A stretch of 64,000 bases of DNA from Octopus vulgaris (taxonomy: Eukaryota): the NCBI GenBank assembly GCA_951406725.2, contig OX597817.1, forward strand, positions 21,576,001 to 21,640,000, written 5' to 3'. The notes below the pieces were generated by a model. That model was given only the letters and a program-made list of their open reading frames with translations. It did not search any database and was not told the origin of the DNA. Numbering within the stretch: position 1 is the first letter of the stretch; the number at the start of each line of letters is the position of its first letter. Position numbers and translations under genes: made by a program. Positions 1-12,771 of this stretch are shown in pieces.

Positions 1-701
1 TAGGCAATTTTTTTTGTTATCACACCTACAGGGAGAATTCCCAGAAATGATGCGTGGGCTATATAGGGACGACGCACTATTCGTAGTAAAAGAAATCTCA
101 AATAGGAGATTAGAAGTGATTACGAAAACATTATACACATTTTAAAAAAGATTCGGCCAAAATATTACTATAGAAAAGGAATAGAGCTGTATAAATTATT
201 TAGACTCCAACTGCAACCTAACCGCGGGACTCAACGAACGCTACATAAAACCTAATACAAACCACAAATCAATAAGCGCATCAAGTAACGGTCCGAACTT
301 TATTAAAAGAGGGCTTGTACATAGCAACAGCAAAAGAATTTCACTCCTCTCTTCCAGCCAAGATACCTTTAATAAGTATAAGAGACTCTACAATAGCGCA
401 TTAGAAAAAACAGGTTATAAACAAAAAATACATACCTAGACTTAGAGCACTATACAAATAACCGGAACAAATTAAATACACAAGACAATTATCACAACAC
501 TAAACACTCTCAAAAGGAAACTAACAATTACATCAACAACAAGAACAACACAAGCACAACATAGGATTTATACCAATAATAAAAAAACGAACATTGGAAA
601 TAATGATATGATTCAAACTTAGATAACTAACAACATTAAAAATGATAACAAAGTAATACCAACAATGTGAAAAATAATAAAATTAGGAATACTAACACGG
701 C

Positions 702-702
<1 letters not shown>

Positions 703-760
<58 letters not shown>
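703..760 (+). repeat. (AAT)n microsatellite within the PLE linker
   Basis: About 19 AAT units inside an Asn-rich stretch. Confidence 0.95.
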
Positions 761-2480
761 TCGAACCCTAAATAACCAATATAACCGCAGTTAAGAATGA
801 TATTGCCAAACCATATAATTTAAATAAACCGTACAGAAATAACCCCAATAAAACTAACACGAACAATAATAAAAATAATAATTAAAATAAAAAGAAATAT
901 AATAATCATAACAACAACTGTACACTCTACTCGAATGCTGAGGACGGTTCCTTCACCAAAAATAATAATATTAAAAATAATCGAAACAGCGATAATATAT
1001 GGCTAATAACCCAACTTCGCGATACAGCTTAAAGCTAACATAGTTACTCCATAATGAGAATTATAGATAAGCACTTGAAATTAAATAACAAATACTCATG
1101 AATCTTTAAGAATAAAATTAGAGTTGGCCATAGCCTAACTAGTAACCTAGCTACCATCATAGCCTCGATCAACAGTAATAATCTAGACACCTTCTAAAAA
1201 ACTAGGTAAAATGCAACATAAAACTTAACAGCCAACTGTCAAATAGAACAAATATCATCCCTAATAACTCGCCCTGAAACAACACGGTCAAGGATCCGAT
1301 AAATAATAACCCCCTACAAGACAACACAAGCACAGATAAACTGAATAATTCATGAGGCTCCAAAGAGAGAAATAAGTGTCAATTCTCCAATAGATGTAAA
1401 ACAATAAACGTAATATACCAATGCGATGTACTCGAATATAATCAGACAAAACCCTATATACGAAGCACGAAAAACGAAATAAAACTTAGATACAATTCCC
1501 ACCAATCTAGTTTTAGAAATAAAAGTTAAGCAGACTCTGCATGACTTAGCAACATTTGGGAATTAAAAGACAAAAAATCAACTATAGTTTAGAATGACGT
1601 ATCCTAGCAAAAACCTCGTCCTATAGCATTAACAATAAGCGATGTGAATTCTATATAACAGAAAGTCTGCTAATTTTAATGGTCACATCACCCCTACCCA
1701 ATAGGGTAGATTCGTATTCTCTAAGTTTTGTTAAAGGCGCTCATTCCTGTATACACAACTGTCTCCTAGCTTAAATATTATTAGTACCTAATTATCAGCG
1801 CATTACCTCCCTTTAACCTACCTATACCTTAACTAGCTTACGCATATCCATCCCACGTTATAAATAAATAATTAATATGCCTAATCAACATTCTACACTA
1901 GTGTACTCCAACCCACATTATCAATAAATAATTAATATACCTAATCTACATACTACGCTTGCCTAATTTTATCCAATAATTCATTCAGTCGAGAACTACC
2001 GACTGTTTTTATATGCTAAATTTTCCCTTCCTATCTTTTTCCTTTTCTTTTCTTTGCTCTCCTCAAATCTAGATATTATTCCGATACTTTGTCTATTTAC
2101 ACGCTAAATCTTACCGATGCTATATATAAAAATTACCCTTACGTACAGCTCCCTTTGTAAATATATGAACTACCTACAACCTATATGATAGTCACACATA
2201 GGATCTAATAACCACACCGTATAACCCTCATTAAGGATAACTCCCTCAGGTTACACCGGTGGTCAACTAGCCGGACAGGTAGTAACGTGGAAGTCATGCT
2301 AATAACTAACTACGAGACCTTAGATACAACCAACCTCTATTCTTCATCTACCTCAGAATAGATTTAATGAACTTTCAACCTAACTAAAATCTAAAACTTT
2401 CGAATCCATGAACATTTTCTGATCCGGTTTCTCCATCTATCTTTCGCTCTATTCTCCTCTTTGTCTATCTCTGCCGTCAT

Positions 2481-2559
2481 AGTTCTGATGATGTTTACCA
2501 TTTGCAACAAGGTAAATACATATTTACCCCAGTATGGTACACTGAAACAGCTGTAAACT
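2481..2559 (+). ncRNA. Type I hammerhead ribozyme (PLE-associated)
   Basis: agtt-CTGATGA-[52-nt insert with hairpins tgtttacc/ggtaaataca and cagt/actg]-GAAA-cagctg-TA-aact. Stem I is agtt/aact, stem III is palindromic, cleavage triplet is GUA. Confidence 0.7.
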
Positions 2560-2769
2560 CGCTCTGACTTAACTGCTTAACTGATTAAATAAACGCTCTT
2601 TAGCGCCAAATACACTTCTCATTGTTGTTTTTCCTCCATTTTCTTGTTGTCAATATATACATTGAACTATGCTACCGTATAACTTATACCAATTACTGAG
2701 GTAATTATCAGGAGTGCCTTTGGATACATCTATCCCTAAGAGGGTTTAAACACCACTAACTTATACCAT

Positions 2770-2791
2770 ATGTGCGTGTGTGTGTATGTAC

Positions 2792-2843
<52 letters not shown>

Positions 2844-3002
2844 GTTTATATATATATATATATGTATGTTTATATATGTATATATATATGTATATATATA
2901 TGTATGTATATATATATATGTATATATATATGTATATATATGTATATATATATATATATGTATATATATGTATATATATGTATATATGTATATATATGTA
3001 TC

Positions 3003-3076
<74 letters not shown>

Positions 3077-3105
3077 TATGTGTGTGTGCGTGTATGTATA
3101 TATAC
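2770..3105. repeat. (TA)n/(TATG)n microsatellite
   Basis: Direct reading; it explains the YIYI ORFs. Confidence 0.95.
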
Positions 3106-3977
3106 AGTTGATCACAAGCCTGTGCATACATTCCATTGTAAGTGTAAATTTTGTTTCCTTGCATATGAATCTACTAGGGGTGAAATTTTGGAACAATTCA
3201 CCTATATTCACAGTTCTATGGGATTGTATATGAACTTTTAATTAGCAATAAACTCTGTTGTTTGGTAGATCAGCCTCTCAAATTGGTGTTGTGGTAGTTA
3301 GTTATATGCTACATGCTGAAGTTCGCCGGTAACTGTAAATACAGATCTAAATTTAGAAAACTGCTGTAGCAACTACCGATAATTCTACTTCGGTTTTTTT
3401 CATTTCTTTTTACTTTTATGTTTTACATCAAGCGGACGTTAACTGTCGCTTAGTATGCTTTCAATAGTTTTCATTAATCACCGAACATCAAAGTGCATCT
3501 ATGCTTCAACTCAGCAAACAGAATACAAATTGTATCCTGAGCTTCTGAAATAAAATCCTCCATATATAGTGCCTATTCTCTCTCTCATGAGCACATATTC
3601 CCACTCGTGACGGTAATACGTTTTCGTCGCAATACAACATCGGATTAAAAGCATTCTTTTCATTAGCAAATTGATGTGCATTCTGCTATATTGTCAAAAT
3701 GTGCCAGTGCCAGAAAGCTCTACCAGCAACAATATATTGGTTCCACTTTGATGTCTCAAAATATCATCACGGTTCTATTAATCAGCACTCAGCATTAGAT
3801 TAGACAAATGCGTATCAAGAAAAAAAAAATCAATTCTAGCAGTAATGACTATTGATACGTTCGATAAATGTTTGTTACCGGTATACGAACTCAGCTGTTA
3901 TCACTTATAATGGACCCGTCTATCAGAACATTTACTATTAATAGTTCTGACTAAAAAAAATCATTAATATTAATAAT

Positions 3978-4191
3978 CTTTTCTACGCAAGGCACAATGC
4001 CTGAAATTTTGTTGGGATGGGACTAGGCGATTATATTCACCCTGTGTTTCTCTGGTACTTAAATTATCGACCCCGAAAGGATAACAGGCAAAGTTGACCT
4101 CCGCAGAATTTGAACTCTGGACTTGCAGACAGACAAAATGTCTCATAACATTTTACCCGGCGTGCTAATGATTCTCTCATTTCGCCGCCTT
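3978..4191 (-). mobile_element. tRNA-derived SINE, family A (diverged)
   Basis: Reverse complement starts aaggcggcgaa..ttagcacgccggg, has B-box-like gagttcaaattc and core gaggtcaactttgcctg..cctttcggggtcgataatttaagtacc, as in other copies in this window. Confidence 0.85.
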
Positions 4192-4868
4192 ATATTTAAC
4201 ATTAATAATAATTATCAGTTTCAGTATCTCAATTATGTAGACAATGTGTTCCACAAACAAATCTGCTTTAGTGTGCCTGTCTCACAATGTTGGCAATAAC
4301 ATATTTAACAAGCTCCTACTTATGCTAACTGCAGACATACACGTAATTTGGACGTTAGAAACATTTAATCGTAGAATATGCTATCTTACATTAAATCAGT
4401 TTTGCTCCGGCACTGCCACATCCATTATGAATGTTTGAATATTTTACCCCCAAAACACACTTTCACTTGATCCCTTATCTCGTGCCTATAGTTTTAAAAT
4501 ACATAGCTTGTTCAAACACGGAGGCCACTAATTGGTCGATTAACCTGTGAAAAAGATCGACCAAATTCCCCTCAAATCGTAGAAGTTAATGATTAAAGGT
4601 ACATTACACATTTGCAAAAATAGGGGATAATTGATTTAATTGATATTAATGATATTTCCCTTCAGTTTAACCTACGACTTGATGCAATATTCAGCAACGA
4701 AATATGTCTGTTTCTATATTTTCTGCTTATTATGCTTACCATCATATTACTATATTTGTCTTTTGAATAATTGGTTCCAAATGAACAAAATATTCATGAA
4801 TCCTTTTCTAACTCATAATTTAATATCTTTTACGTAATTATTAATTGCTATATATTCATTTCTGCATA

Positions 4869-4905
<37 letters not shown>

Positions 4906-6151
4906 CCCTCATGAGAATTTGGAGAATGGAAAGTAATCGATAAGTTTATTTACACACACACGTGCACACGCACATACACAAACACACACACACATACAAG
5001 CACAGAGTCATTGTCACTCAACAGACTCAGACGCACCTATATATGGGTGGGTGTGTATGTAAGTGTGCATTTGTGTGTATATATGTGAGAGTAGATCAGT
5101 CAGTAACAGTTTCAGATTATATATTTACAAATGTATGTAAAGAAGTCCTAACAAATTTGTAAATTGATATATATGTTAACTTACTTGCGGCCGTGATTTT
5201 ATATCAGGTTTTATTTTACGAATAAAAAAAAAGATATTTATACTCATTAGACGACACTCTCCGTAGCTCGCTAGTATTAGATGCACAAGTTATCCAACGC
5301 ATGACTTCGTTTTGGAAATACTGGGCAATTCAAACAATCGGTTAGTTGAGCACCGCTTGCTTTCTCTTTCATTGATCAAGAAACTGGATGTTATCGTTTA
5401 TGTGGCTCACGAGGAACGTCATTGTTTAGAATTAGCTTGAGAAGGCCCAGATATGCAGTCATCAATAAGTAGGTACGTTTCAGAAATTTTCATATTAGTA
5501 TCAGAAGGCCGTGAAATTTCAAATGTACGGAAGCTGTTTAGATGGAATTCACCTAGATGTGAAGCTGTTTAGACGGAATCCACTCCATGTGCCTGCGTCC
5601 TAAATGAATACGCAGCTGCCGCTTTATGTGTGTGTGTGTGTGTTTGTATGCCTGTGGCGGTGAGAGATTTTGTTTCTTTGTTGTGTGTATGCATGCGTAT
5701 TTACCTTTATAAATAAGTTGAGTAAGAATGTGATAGTGCATGATTCTTATAACTTGAAATACCCCAATATAGCGTGTTCATATCATGTGAATGGACTCTT
5801 CTGTGAAGGGATGTACAGCAGTCATACGTTTTATAGCATTTACAGTTTTGTGTTGCTCGTAATCTTACACTATATGAAAGATGTACGATTCCATAATTGT
5901 CGTTTTCAGTGTAGAAATATCAACGCTTATTAAATTTTAGTGTCGTTAAGAGTGGTAAAAAGGCAGAGCGATATTCCTTGGCGAAGAACAGTCCCCAATG
6001 TTTGCTATAGATTGGACTCCAATAGCAATAGCTTTGTCCTACGTGGTTTTTATTTGAAGGTAACAATGACTATTTCCTGGAACCCAAGAACATGTACACG
6101 TCAACGAATCTCACATTAGGTGTTTATTTTGGGAAATAAATATGATAATCA

Positions 6152-6330
6152 TTTTAAATTTTGGTACAAGGACAGAAAGTTTGGGGGAGGGGTAAGTCGA
6201 TTACATTGAATCCAGGACTGAGGCGATATATATTTTATTAATCCCAAAGAATGAAAGCAAATTTAACCTCGGCAAAATTTGTACCCAGGACGTAAACGCG
6301 GACAACATCACGTGCTAACGATTCTGCCAG
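6152..6330 (-). mobile_element. SINE family A, degraded copy
   Basis: Recognisable gtgctaacgattctgccag end and gaatgaaaggcaaatttaacctcggc core. Confidence 0.65.
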
Positions 6331-7442
6331 GACCAGTTAAGTTTTTGAGTACATTATTTATAGTATTATAAGTATTATAGGAGCATTTATTAGGATCATA
6401 AGTATTATAGGAGCATCTAAGTTTTTGAGTACATTATTTAGTATTAAAAGTCATATAATATACAAATAATAAATGTCACACAAAATGCAAAGTGCAATTA
6501 TATCTATCGCCCCTACGTATAAATCGGATTAACTTTACCCTATATGTTCAAATGAATTTGAGGCCGATAAAGCAGCGTACCAGTCAATTATTGAGGCTGA
6601 CAGAATGGACTAAAATCACACGTTAAATTGTGTTCTTTTACGCGTAAATTAGTACCAAATATTTGGAGTACTATTAAAAAATTAAAAATACTATGTACCA
6701 GAAAATAATTCTTATGCATCTTTACGTGCTGAGTTCAAATTCTGTAGATTTTGCTTATAGTCCCCCGAGTAGTCAAGGAGATATATCACCAACAAGGTAC
6801 TGGAGTCAATGGAATCGATTAAGCCCATCCTCTCCTAAATCATGACCTTGTGCGTAAATCAGAAACGTCCTTTACTGTAACTCGTTCTTTGTTTCATACT
6901 TTCCAAATAATTGTCAAAACGTACGTGCCCTTGTGTCAAAAGTTGAAACAAGTGTTTATTATTGCTCCCATCAGGGTTATTATCAGCTTAATCGTTTTAA
7001 ACCTATACTATGCTTCTTTCTCCGGATACGCTTTTCGAGCCATCTCTTTATCGTCATCGTAAATATCATGAGAATGTACCAATTAAAGATTTGACCCTAT
7101 AGGAGTCTTTAATTAAAATATTTAATTCTGTCGTCTAAGTTTTCGATTTGAATATTAAGAACGTGATTTACAACCAGTATGATATTATTGAAACAATGAG
7201 AGGTTATAATGCCAGTAGAAAGTAATTTGAGAAGAAATACATTAACCTTGTCTATATTTGGTACTAAACTATATAGGAAGAAGAATTGTTTAGAAAGAGA
7301 GCAAGTAATAAAAGAAATACGCATAAAATATCCCTTAAAACTGTAGATTGCATGTCGGTATAAACGTTACTTTGCATAGTAAATGGTTACTATGACTCAG
7401 CTATGTACATATATAGATACAGACATAAAAGCGTATATGTGC

Positions 7443-7477
<35 letters not shown>

Positions 7478-7508
7478 TATGTATATGTTTGTGTGTGTGT
7501 GAATGTCT

Positions 7509-7563
<55 letters not shown>

Positions 7564-7654
7564 CTTACGGACAAATGCATATAACCGTGTGTGTGTATGT
7601 ACGTTTGCAGTTACAATAATAATAAGGTACCAGTAGTTAAAATAATAATAAGAA

Positions 7655-7822
7655 TGATTTCAAATTTTGGCGCAAAGCAAGCAATTTAGGGGAGAGGGAA
7701 GTCAATTACATCCACCTCAGTACTCAATTGTTACTTATTTTATCGACCCGAAACAATGAAGGGCAAACTCGACCTCTGCGGAATTTAAACTCAGAAGGTA
7801 AACTCGGAAGAAATGCCACTAA
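7655..7822 (-). mobile_element. SINE family A, degraded and 5'-truncated copy
   Basis: ttttatcgacccgaaacaatgaagggcaaactcgacctctgcggaatttaaactcagaa core. Confidence 0.7.
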
Positions 7823-7829
7823 GAATAGA

Positions 7830-9850
7830 AATAGATTCGGTAGAACAGGATTTACAAAAACAATGAAAGGAAATTCAATTAACAGCAGAACAAGGAGAAT
7901 GAAGATCTCTAGGTATGATGTACCAAATGTGGAAGCAGCAAAGAACTTTTCGAGGAAAGAATTTCCCCATAACAGGGAACTGAATGCTTACGAAAAGTTA
8001 AGAGTTAAAAGAAAAATTGGTCAAAGCAAATAAAAAGGAAATAAAAGAAATAAAATTTATATAACAGGAAGAGAAAATATGAATTAAATGATATCAAATT
8101 TTTAAAAAAACTGTGTTGATCGTGGATACTGGCTTAAAAATCACACATATACATTTTGGGCAGAGACTAGAACACCAACATGTATAACTAAGAGAAGAAC
8201 AGGAAATACAATGAACGGGGAAGAGAACTTTGTAATTTCAGGCTTACTGATGCGCACCATTTTTCTAGAAATTACTAACTGACCTCAAAGCAAATAAATT
8301 GCATAATATTGTGGAGACAGTAAATGCATTACAAGAAAAGCTAAAACGATACAAAAAAGGAAATCAGAATGTACTGCCGACGTGTTTATACCTGTAACAT
8401 GAAACTAAGTGAAGAACAAATGAAACATAACTATGGGTTGGTTTGTATATAAGAAAGCTCACCATGTTAGCTTATGGAGTGCCTGAAGACGCTCAGAATC
8501 TATAAGAAGTTTAACAGTATTGTTTAGGAAAGCGATGTTATCATGTGAAATAGAACTAAAATGCAGAAATGAATCATTAGTAAGTGTCAATATAGAGAAG
8601 GTGATATTCAATTACTTTTTTTTTTATTATTGCATTAATTCTTAAGCCTGCTTTTGAGCTTGGTCAAACCTGCATGAAAATGAATCATTTGCTATGTTTA
8701 CACAAAAGACGAAAACCATGTGGAACATTTGTCCATACAATAAGGATATTTTGATAGGGTATTGGCATGCAGATTGGAGTGTGTAGTTTTTATTATGAAG
8801 AGAGGTTGAGATAGTAAAATCTGATTGTATTACTATATTATCAGATTGATGAAATGAATGAGGAATTCGATTAACCAGGCCTACCACATGATTATAAGGT
8901 AATGGAAAGGCATAGGGGAGCAAAGTCTCCAAAAAGTATAGAGAGATTACGAACGTGCTTTCCCCACTTCACCACAAAAGATACAAGGCAATTGATACGC
9001 CAAAGCAGCCGATACATTATACATACAAGTATTAAGATATTTTACCTCTTTTCTCTTGTGGGAAAACATAGAACTACAAGAATTAGATATATGTATTACA
9101 AAGCTGCTCACCGGGAACTGCGCACGGCGCTGTTAAAAGCAATATCCACAGGGTCAAGAAGAGAAGAAAGAAGAGATTTATAAAACAGTGAAGATACCAT
9201 CAGATCTACGATGTTGAGTCTGTTTGCTTTCGATGTACCGAATGAAGAAAAAGATTTAAAACTACGTCCACAATCATTCAACTCACTGAAAGAGAGAATT
9301 GAAGAGCAAAAGGACTAAATCGAGAAATAGCTGGAAAGGCAAGGAAGGAAATACCTGTCGGTCCATGCAAACATGCGACGATATTAAAAGTGAGTGAAGA
9401 TGGTTCTAAATGAAAGTGTAAAGATAAAACGAGAAAATGAATTGTTGAACTATGGTGCCTCCCTAACGAACCAATAGAAAGAAATGAATAATATCAACGG
9501 TTGCTAAAAGTAAAAGAGCAAAATCAGAATATGCTGGAACAAGAAGAAAATGAGAATAAAGTGAGTGCTATATGTTAGTACAAAATGCGTGTAATTTCTA
9601 CGAAGAGTGTGTCGGTTAAAAAGCTAATCATGTTGATTAGAAATTACGAAAACATTATAAATGGAAGAACCAGAGTTTGAAATATTGAAGAAAATTATAG
9701 TTTATGACTATTCTGTTAAAACAATAAAAATAGATATGATCATAGGAGACTAAAAAATTAACAAAAATCAAAAATAAACGAAGTTAGGAATACATATTTT
9801 GCAGTCCATATGATAGTAGGTACGATATCACGGATATTGGGAATATCGTA
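7830..9850 (+). mobile_element. Highly degraded LTR retrotransposon (Gypsy-like) pol relic
   Basis: Purine-rich strand with KTVLIVDTGLKITHI (8107-8151, aspartic-protease DTG) followed in another frame by WAETRTPTC..NGEE..G. Integrase-like remnants AWSNLH (~8657) and GIRLTRPTT*L*GNGKA (~8862-8912). No LTRs identified. Confidence 0.4.
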
Positions 9851-10751
9851 TATATTAGGAACTAGCAATAGAAATTAAGAGATTGTGAATCGTGTACATG
9901 AACAACGCTTCCGTGATAATTTGTGTACTCAGCACCACTCACAAAGTGCCATCTAACAGATACCAGAATTTAGATATATTACATTCAGCAAGCATCCTGA
10001 AAAATATTCTTGACATTTGAGCAAACTTCACACAAAACCTCTTCATAGTATCATTATTACTGAGTTTGTAACATTTTTCTGTATAATATTAATACTACCA
10101 GAAAAGGGAACCTGCAAATTGCTTTCTGCAAGCCAGCAACATATTTGATTTTATATCTTACAACGTTGTTTATTACAAAATCAAAACAAATTGATTAATG
10201 AATATCTCGTATGTAATTCTTATTATAGTTCAATGTCTCTGTAAATATTTTCGTTGCGTTATTAAATATTATTCATTGCAATATGATAGCGTCTTCAACG
10301 TTCTACAAAAATAAAAATATCAAGCGATTATAGAATACCTTTGAGAAATAAGATTATTAAATGATACTCTCAGAAGGAGACTTGAACGGACACTTACATA
10401 TTTATGACTTTCTCATGTGATTACAATGTAAGATTATTCACTCAGTTAAAATTAGAATTGGTCACTGATAAGATGTTATTGTACTTTTAAAAAGAGATTT
10501 TATTTTTAAAATCCGATTAATATTTATTCTTTTTCTATGTAGTAGACAATGTCAACACTTTTGTAGATAAGGTCACTAAATATAACAAACATTTTTACGC
10601 GTATACTTCGTTTAGAAATCTTCATACATACATAATTGTATACTCACACACTCACACTATCTTACACGGTTCTTTCCTATGTATATTTTACAAATAGTTA
10701 CACAGAGTAGAAACCAAATATATTCTTTCTTCAAAACTCTTACTGTATGTA

Positions 10752-10826
<75 letters not shown>

Positions 10827-11042
10827 TGTCACAACCTGGGACCTTGAATATTGCTTTAATGCAAAAAAGTATACTAGTCCCTTAAAATCTTTTATTCAAC
10901 ATTCCATCTATTCAATAAGAGAATCAATACTTTATTTCATTTTATTATATATATTATTTATTCTATATATTCTATATTCTACATTAATATTATAAAGAAT
11001 ATAAATAAAACATAAAAAACAGAGTTGGAATTTCTTTGAATA

Positions 11043-11125
<83 letters not shown>

Positions 11126-11690
11126 TGTATGTGTGTGTATGTGTGTGTGTCTGTGTGTGTTCATACGTACACTCGGAGTAACACCCTGAAACTATTCATA
11201 AAGTGCAATTATAATTTGTCGCTCTTGTTGCAACTGCTACAAACAGTTTCGTTCTGCCAACCCGAATTCAATATTATATACGCTGTCTCCCGAAATAAAC
11301 ACTAGATTTTTCGTGCGTTACCAGAAAATGCATATGTGCTTGTGCGTGCAGGTGGATGACTGTGTGTATATGTATGTTTTTTTCAAAATCTTCAACAACC
11401 TCGTTAATGATTTTATAATATCTACAGGCGAAGACCAGTCCAGCCATTACTGTCACACTCTGTAAGGATTACAGACTAAGGGTCAAAATTCAAATAGATA
11501 GCTGTTGAAGATACAGAAGGGAATGAAATACCGCAATATCTTTAATCATTATCAGGAGAGGATATTTCTGTTTTGAAGTAGCTGCTGCAGATTCTGAGCA
11601 GGCCACGGTATCTATGTGATGTAAATTTCACCTTTTACACCCTTATAATTTAAAACATCTCTAACATGATATGAATGTTTTATATTACAA

Positions 11691-12262
11691 CTAGCAGTAT
11701 CGCCCGGCGTTGCTCGGGTTTGTAAGGGAAATAACTATATAAGCATTTTTAGAGGGTTATAGCCAAAAACTAGCAAAAAAAATGCATCAAAAATGGAAAA
11801 AAAAATGTGGTAATTTTTTTTTTTTAATCGTTGACTCATCGTAGACATTTTCTGTTTTGGTGTCTTCAAGCCATGAAGTCGTTTTTTCTAAAAGAACGCT
11901 GGTCTCCTTGACAACGCATTACGACGTTGATTTCCTTACACTCCCTTCCCCACAGCTTCACGAGGGAGGGAAGAAGGGGGAGAAAGAAGCAACACAGGTG
12001 CAGGCGTGAGCGTGGACGCAAACTCCGCCACCATCGACACACGAAAAAAATATGCATTAAAATGGAATAAAAAATGATGTTAAATCATTTTTAAAATCGT
12101 AGACTCATCGTAGACGCGCGCTAATACCCAGACGGGCTCGATATGTATCACGACTATAAGATACCCGAATTCGGTTAAACTGCACCGCAAAATGTGGGAG
12201 TAGTTAGGAATCTAAATCGAGGGTGACAGACACTCACACAACTACAGTTTTATATATATAGA
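11691..12262 (-). mobile_element. Non-autonomous Helitron (572 bp)
   Basis: Minus strand begins a|TCTATATATATAAAAC and ends ..cccgagcaacgccggg-cgatactg-CTAG|t. This gives 5' TC, a GC-rich subterminal hairpin (11703-11718), 3' CTAG, an A|T insertion site and no TSD. Confidence 0.88.
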
Positions 12263-12704
12263 TATACAATACTGTTAGCGCGTCGTTGATAAATGTAGTA
12301 TAATATGAAACGTTATAGAAAAGCGGAAGTTATTAGAATCATGGCTGTACTTCTACTGATATAAATATGTTTGAAAGGTAAAGAGCTGTAACAAAGTGGT
12401 GCATAGCTCTTGGTCGGAAAGAGGGATGTCCTCGAAACGTTAACAACTCTTTCCTTTCACCGAAGGCGTAATGAATATATTTCTTTTGTACGTCCTTACG
12501 TTTGCCTTTTTTCTCTTTGTCTCTTTTGTAATTGTCAGTTTATCTTCATTGGCTACTCACTGCACACTCACATGGACCGGCCCTGTCCTTCCGATTGTTT
12601 TGGAATACTTATTTCTTAGATTTCTCTCTACCACTGGATTGCGATACCTTTTTTTTTATTTATTTGGAGTATGCTATTTCTGCACCTCTGATTGTCAATC
12701 ACTT

Positions 12705-12763
<59 letters not shown>

Positions 12764-12771
12764 CACACACA

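Larger units (their letters stand above)
1..2769 (+). mobile_element. Decayed Penelope-like retroelement (Naiad-like): RT C-terminal half, Asn-rich linker, Zn knuckle, GIY-YIG endonuclease, 3' pLTR region
   Basis: Manual translation with frameshifts and stops: GLYRDDALFVVK (56-91, RT catalytic motif); INYLDSNCNL..YIKPN..ISASSNGP..RISLLSSSQDTFNKYKRLYNSALEKTGY (190-420); IMRIIDKHLK..IFKNKIRVGHSLTSNLATIIASIN (~1050-1175); *GSKERNKCQFSNRCKTINVIYQCDV..PYIRSTKNEIKLRYNSHQSSFRN..LSNIWELK (1353-1570, GIY-YIG). Runs off the left edge and ends at the (TA)n array at ~2770. Confidence 0.88.

Noticed and set aside
1700-2480. Candidate SECIS elements (several ATGA..AA..GA) downstream of the Naiad-like ORF
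   Set aside because: None gave a well-paired helix II by eye; needs SECISearch on the family consensus.
2736-3241. Long [16 protein letters not shown] ORFs here and throughout the ORF track
   Set aside because: Stop-free translations of (TA)n, (TG)n, (TTA)n and (TATC)n microsatellites; not genes.
5178-5500. Minus-strand ..cacggccgcaagtaag resembling the RTE tail at 15880
   Set aside because: Only ~12 nt match; no convincing RT translation or TSD upstream.
12395-12460. Hammerhead-like gagggatgtcctcGAAAcgTT
   Set aside because: The CUGANGA box is missing; at most a dead remnant.
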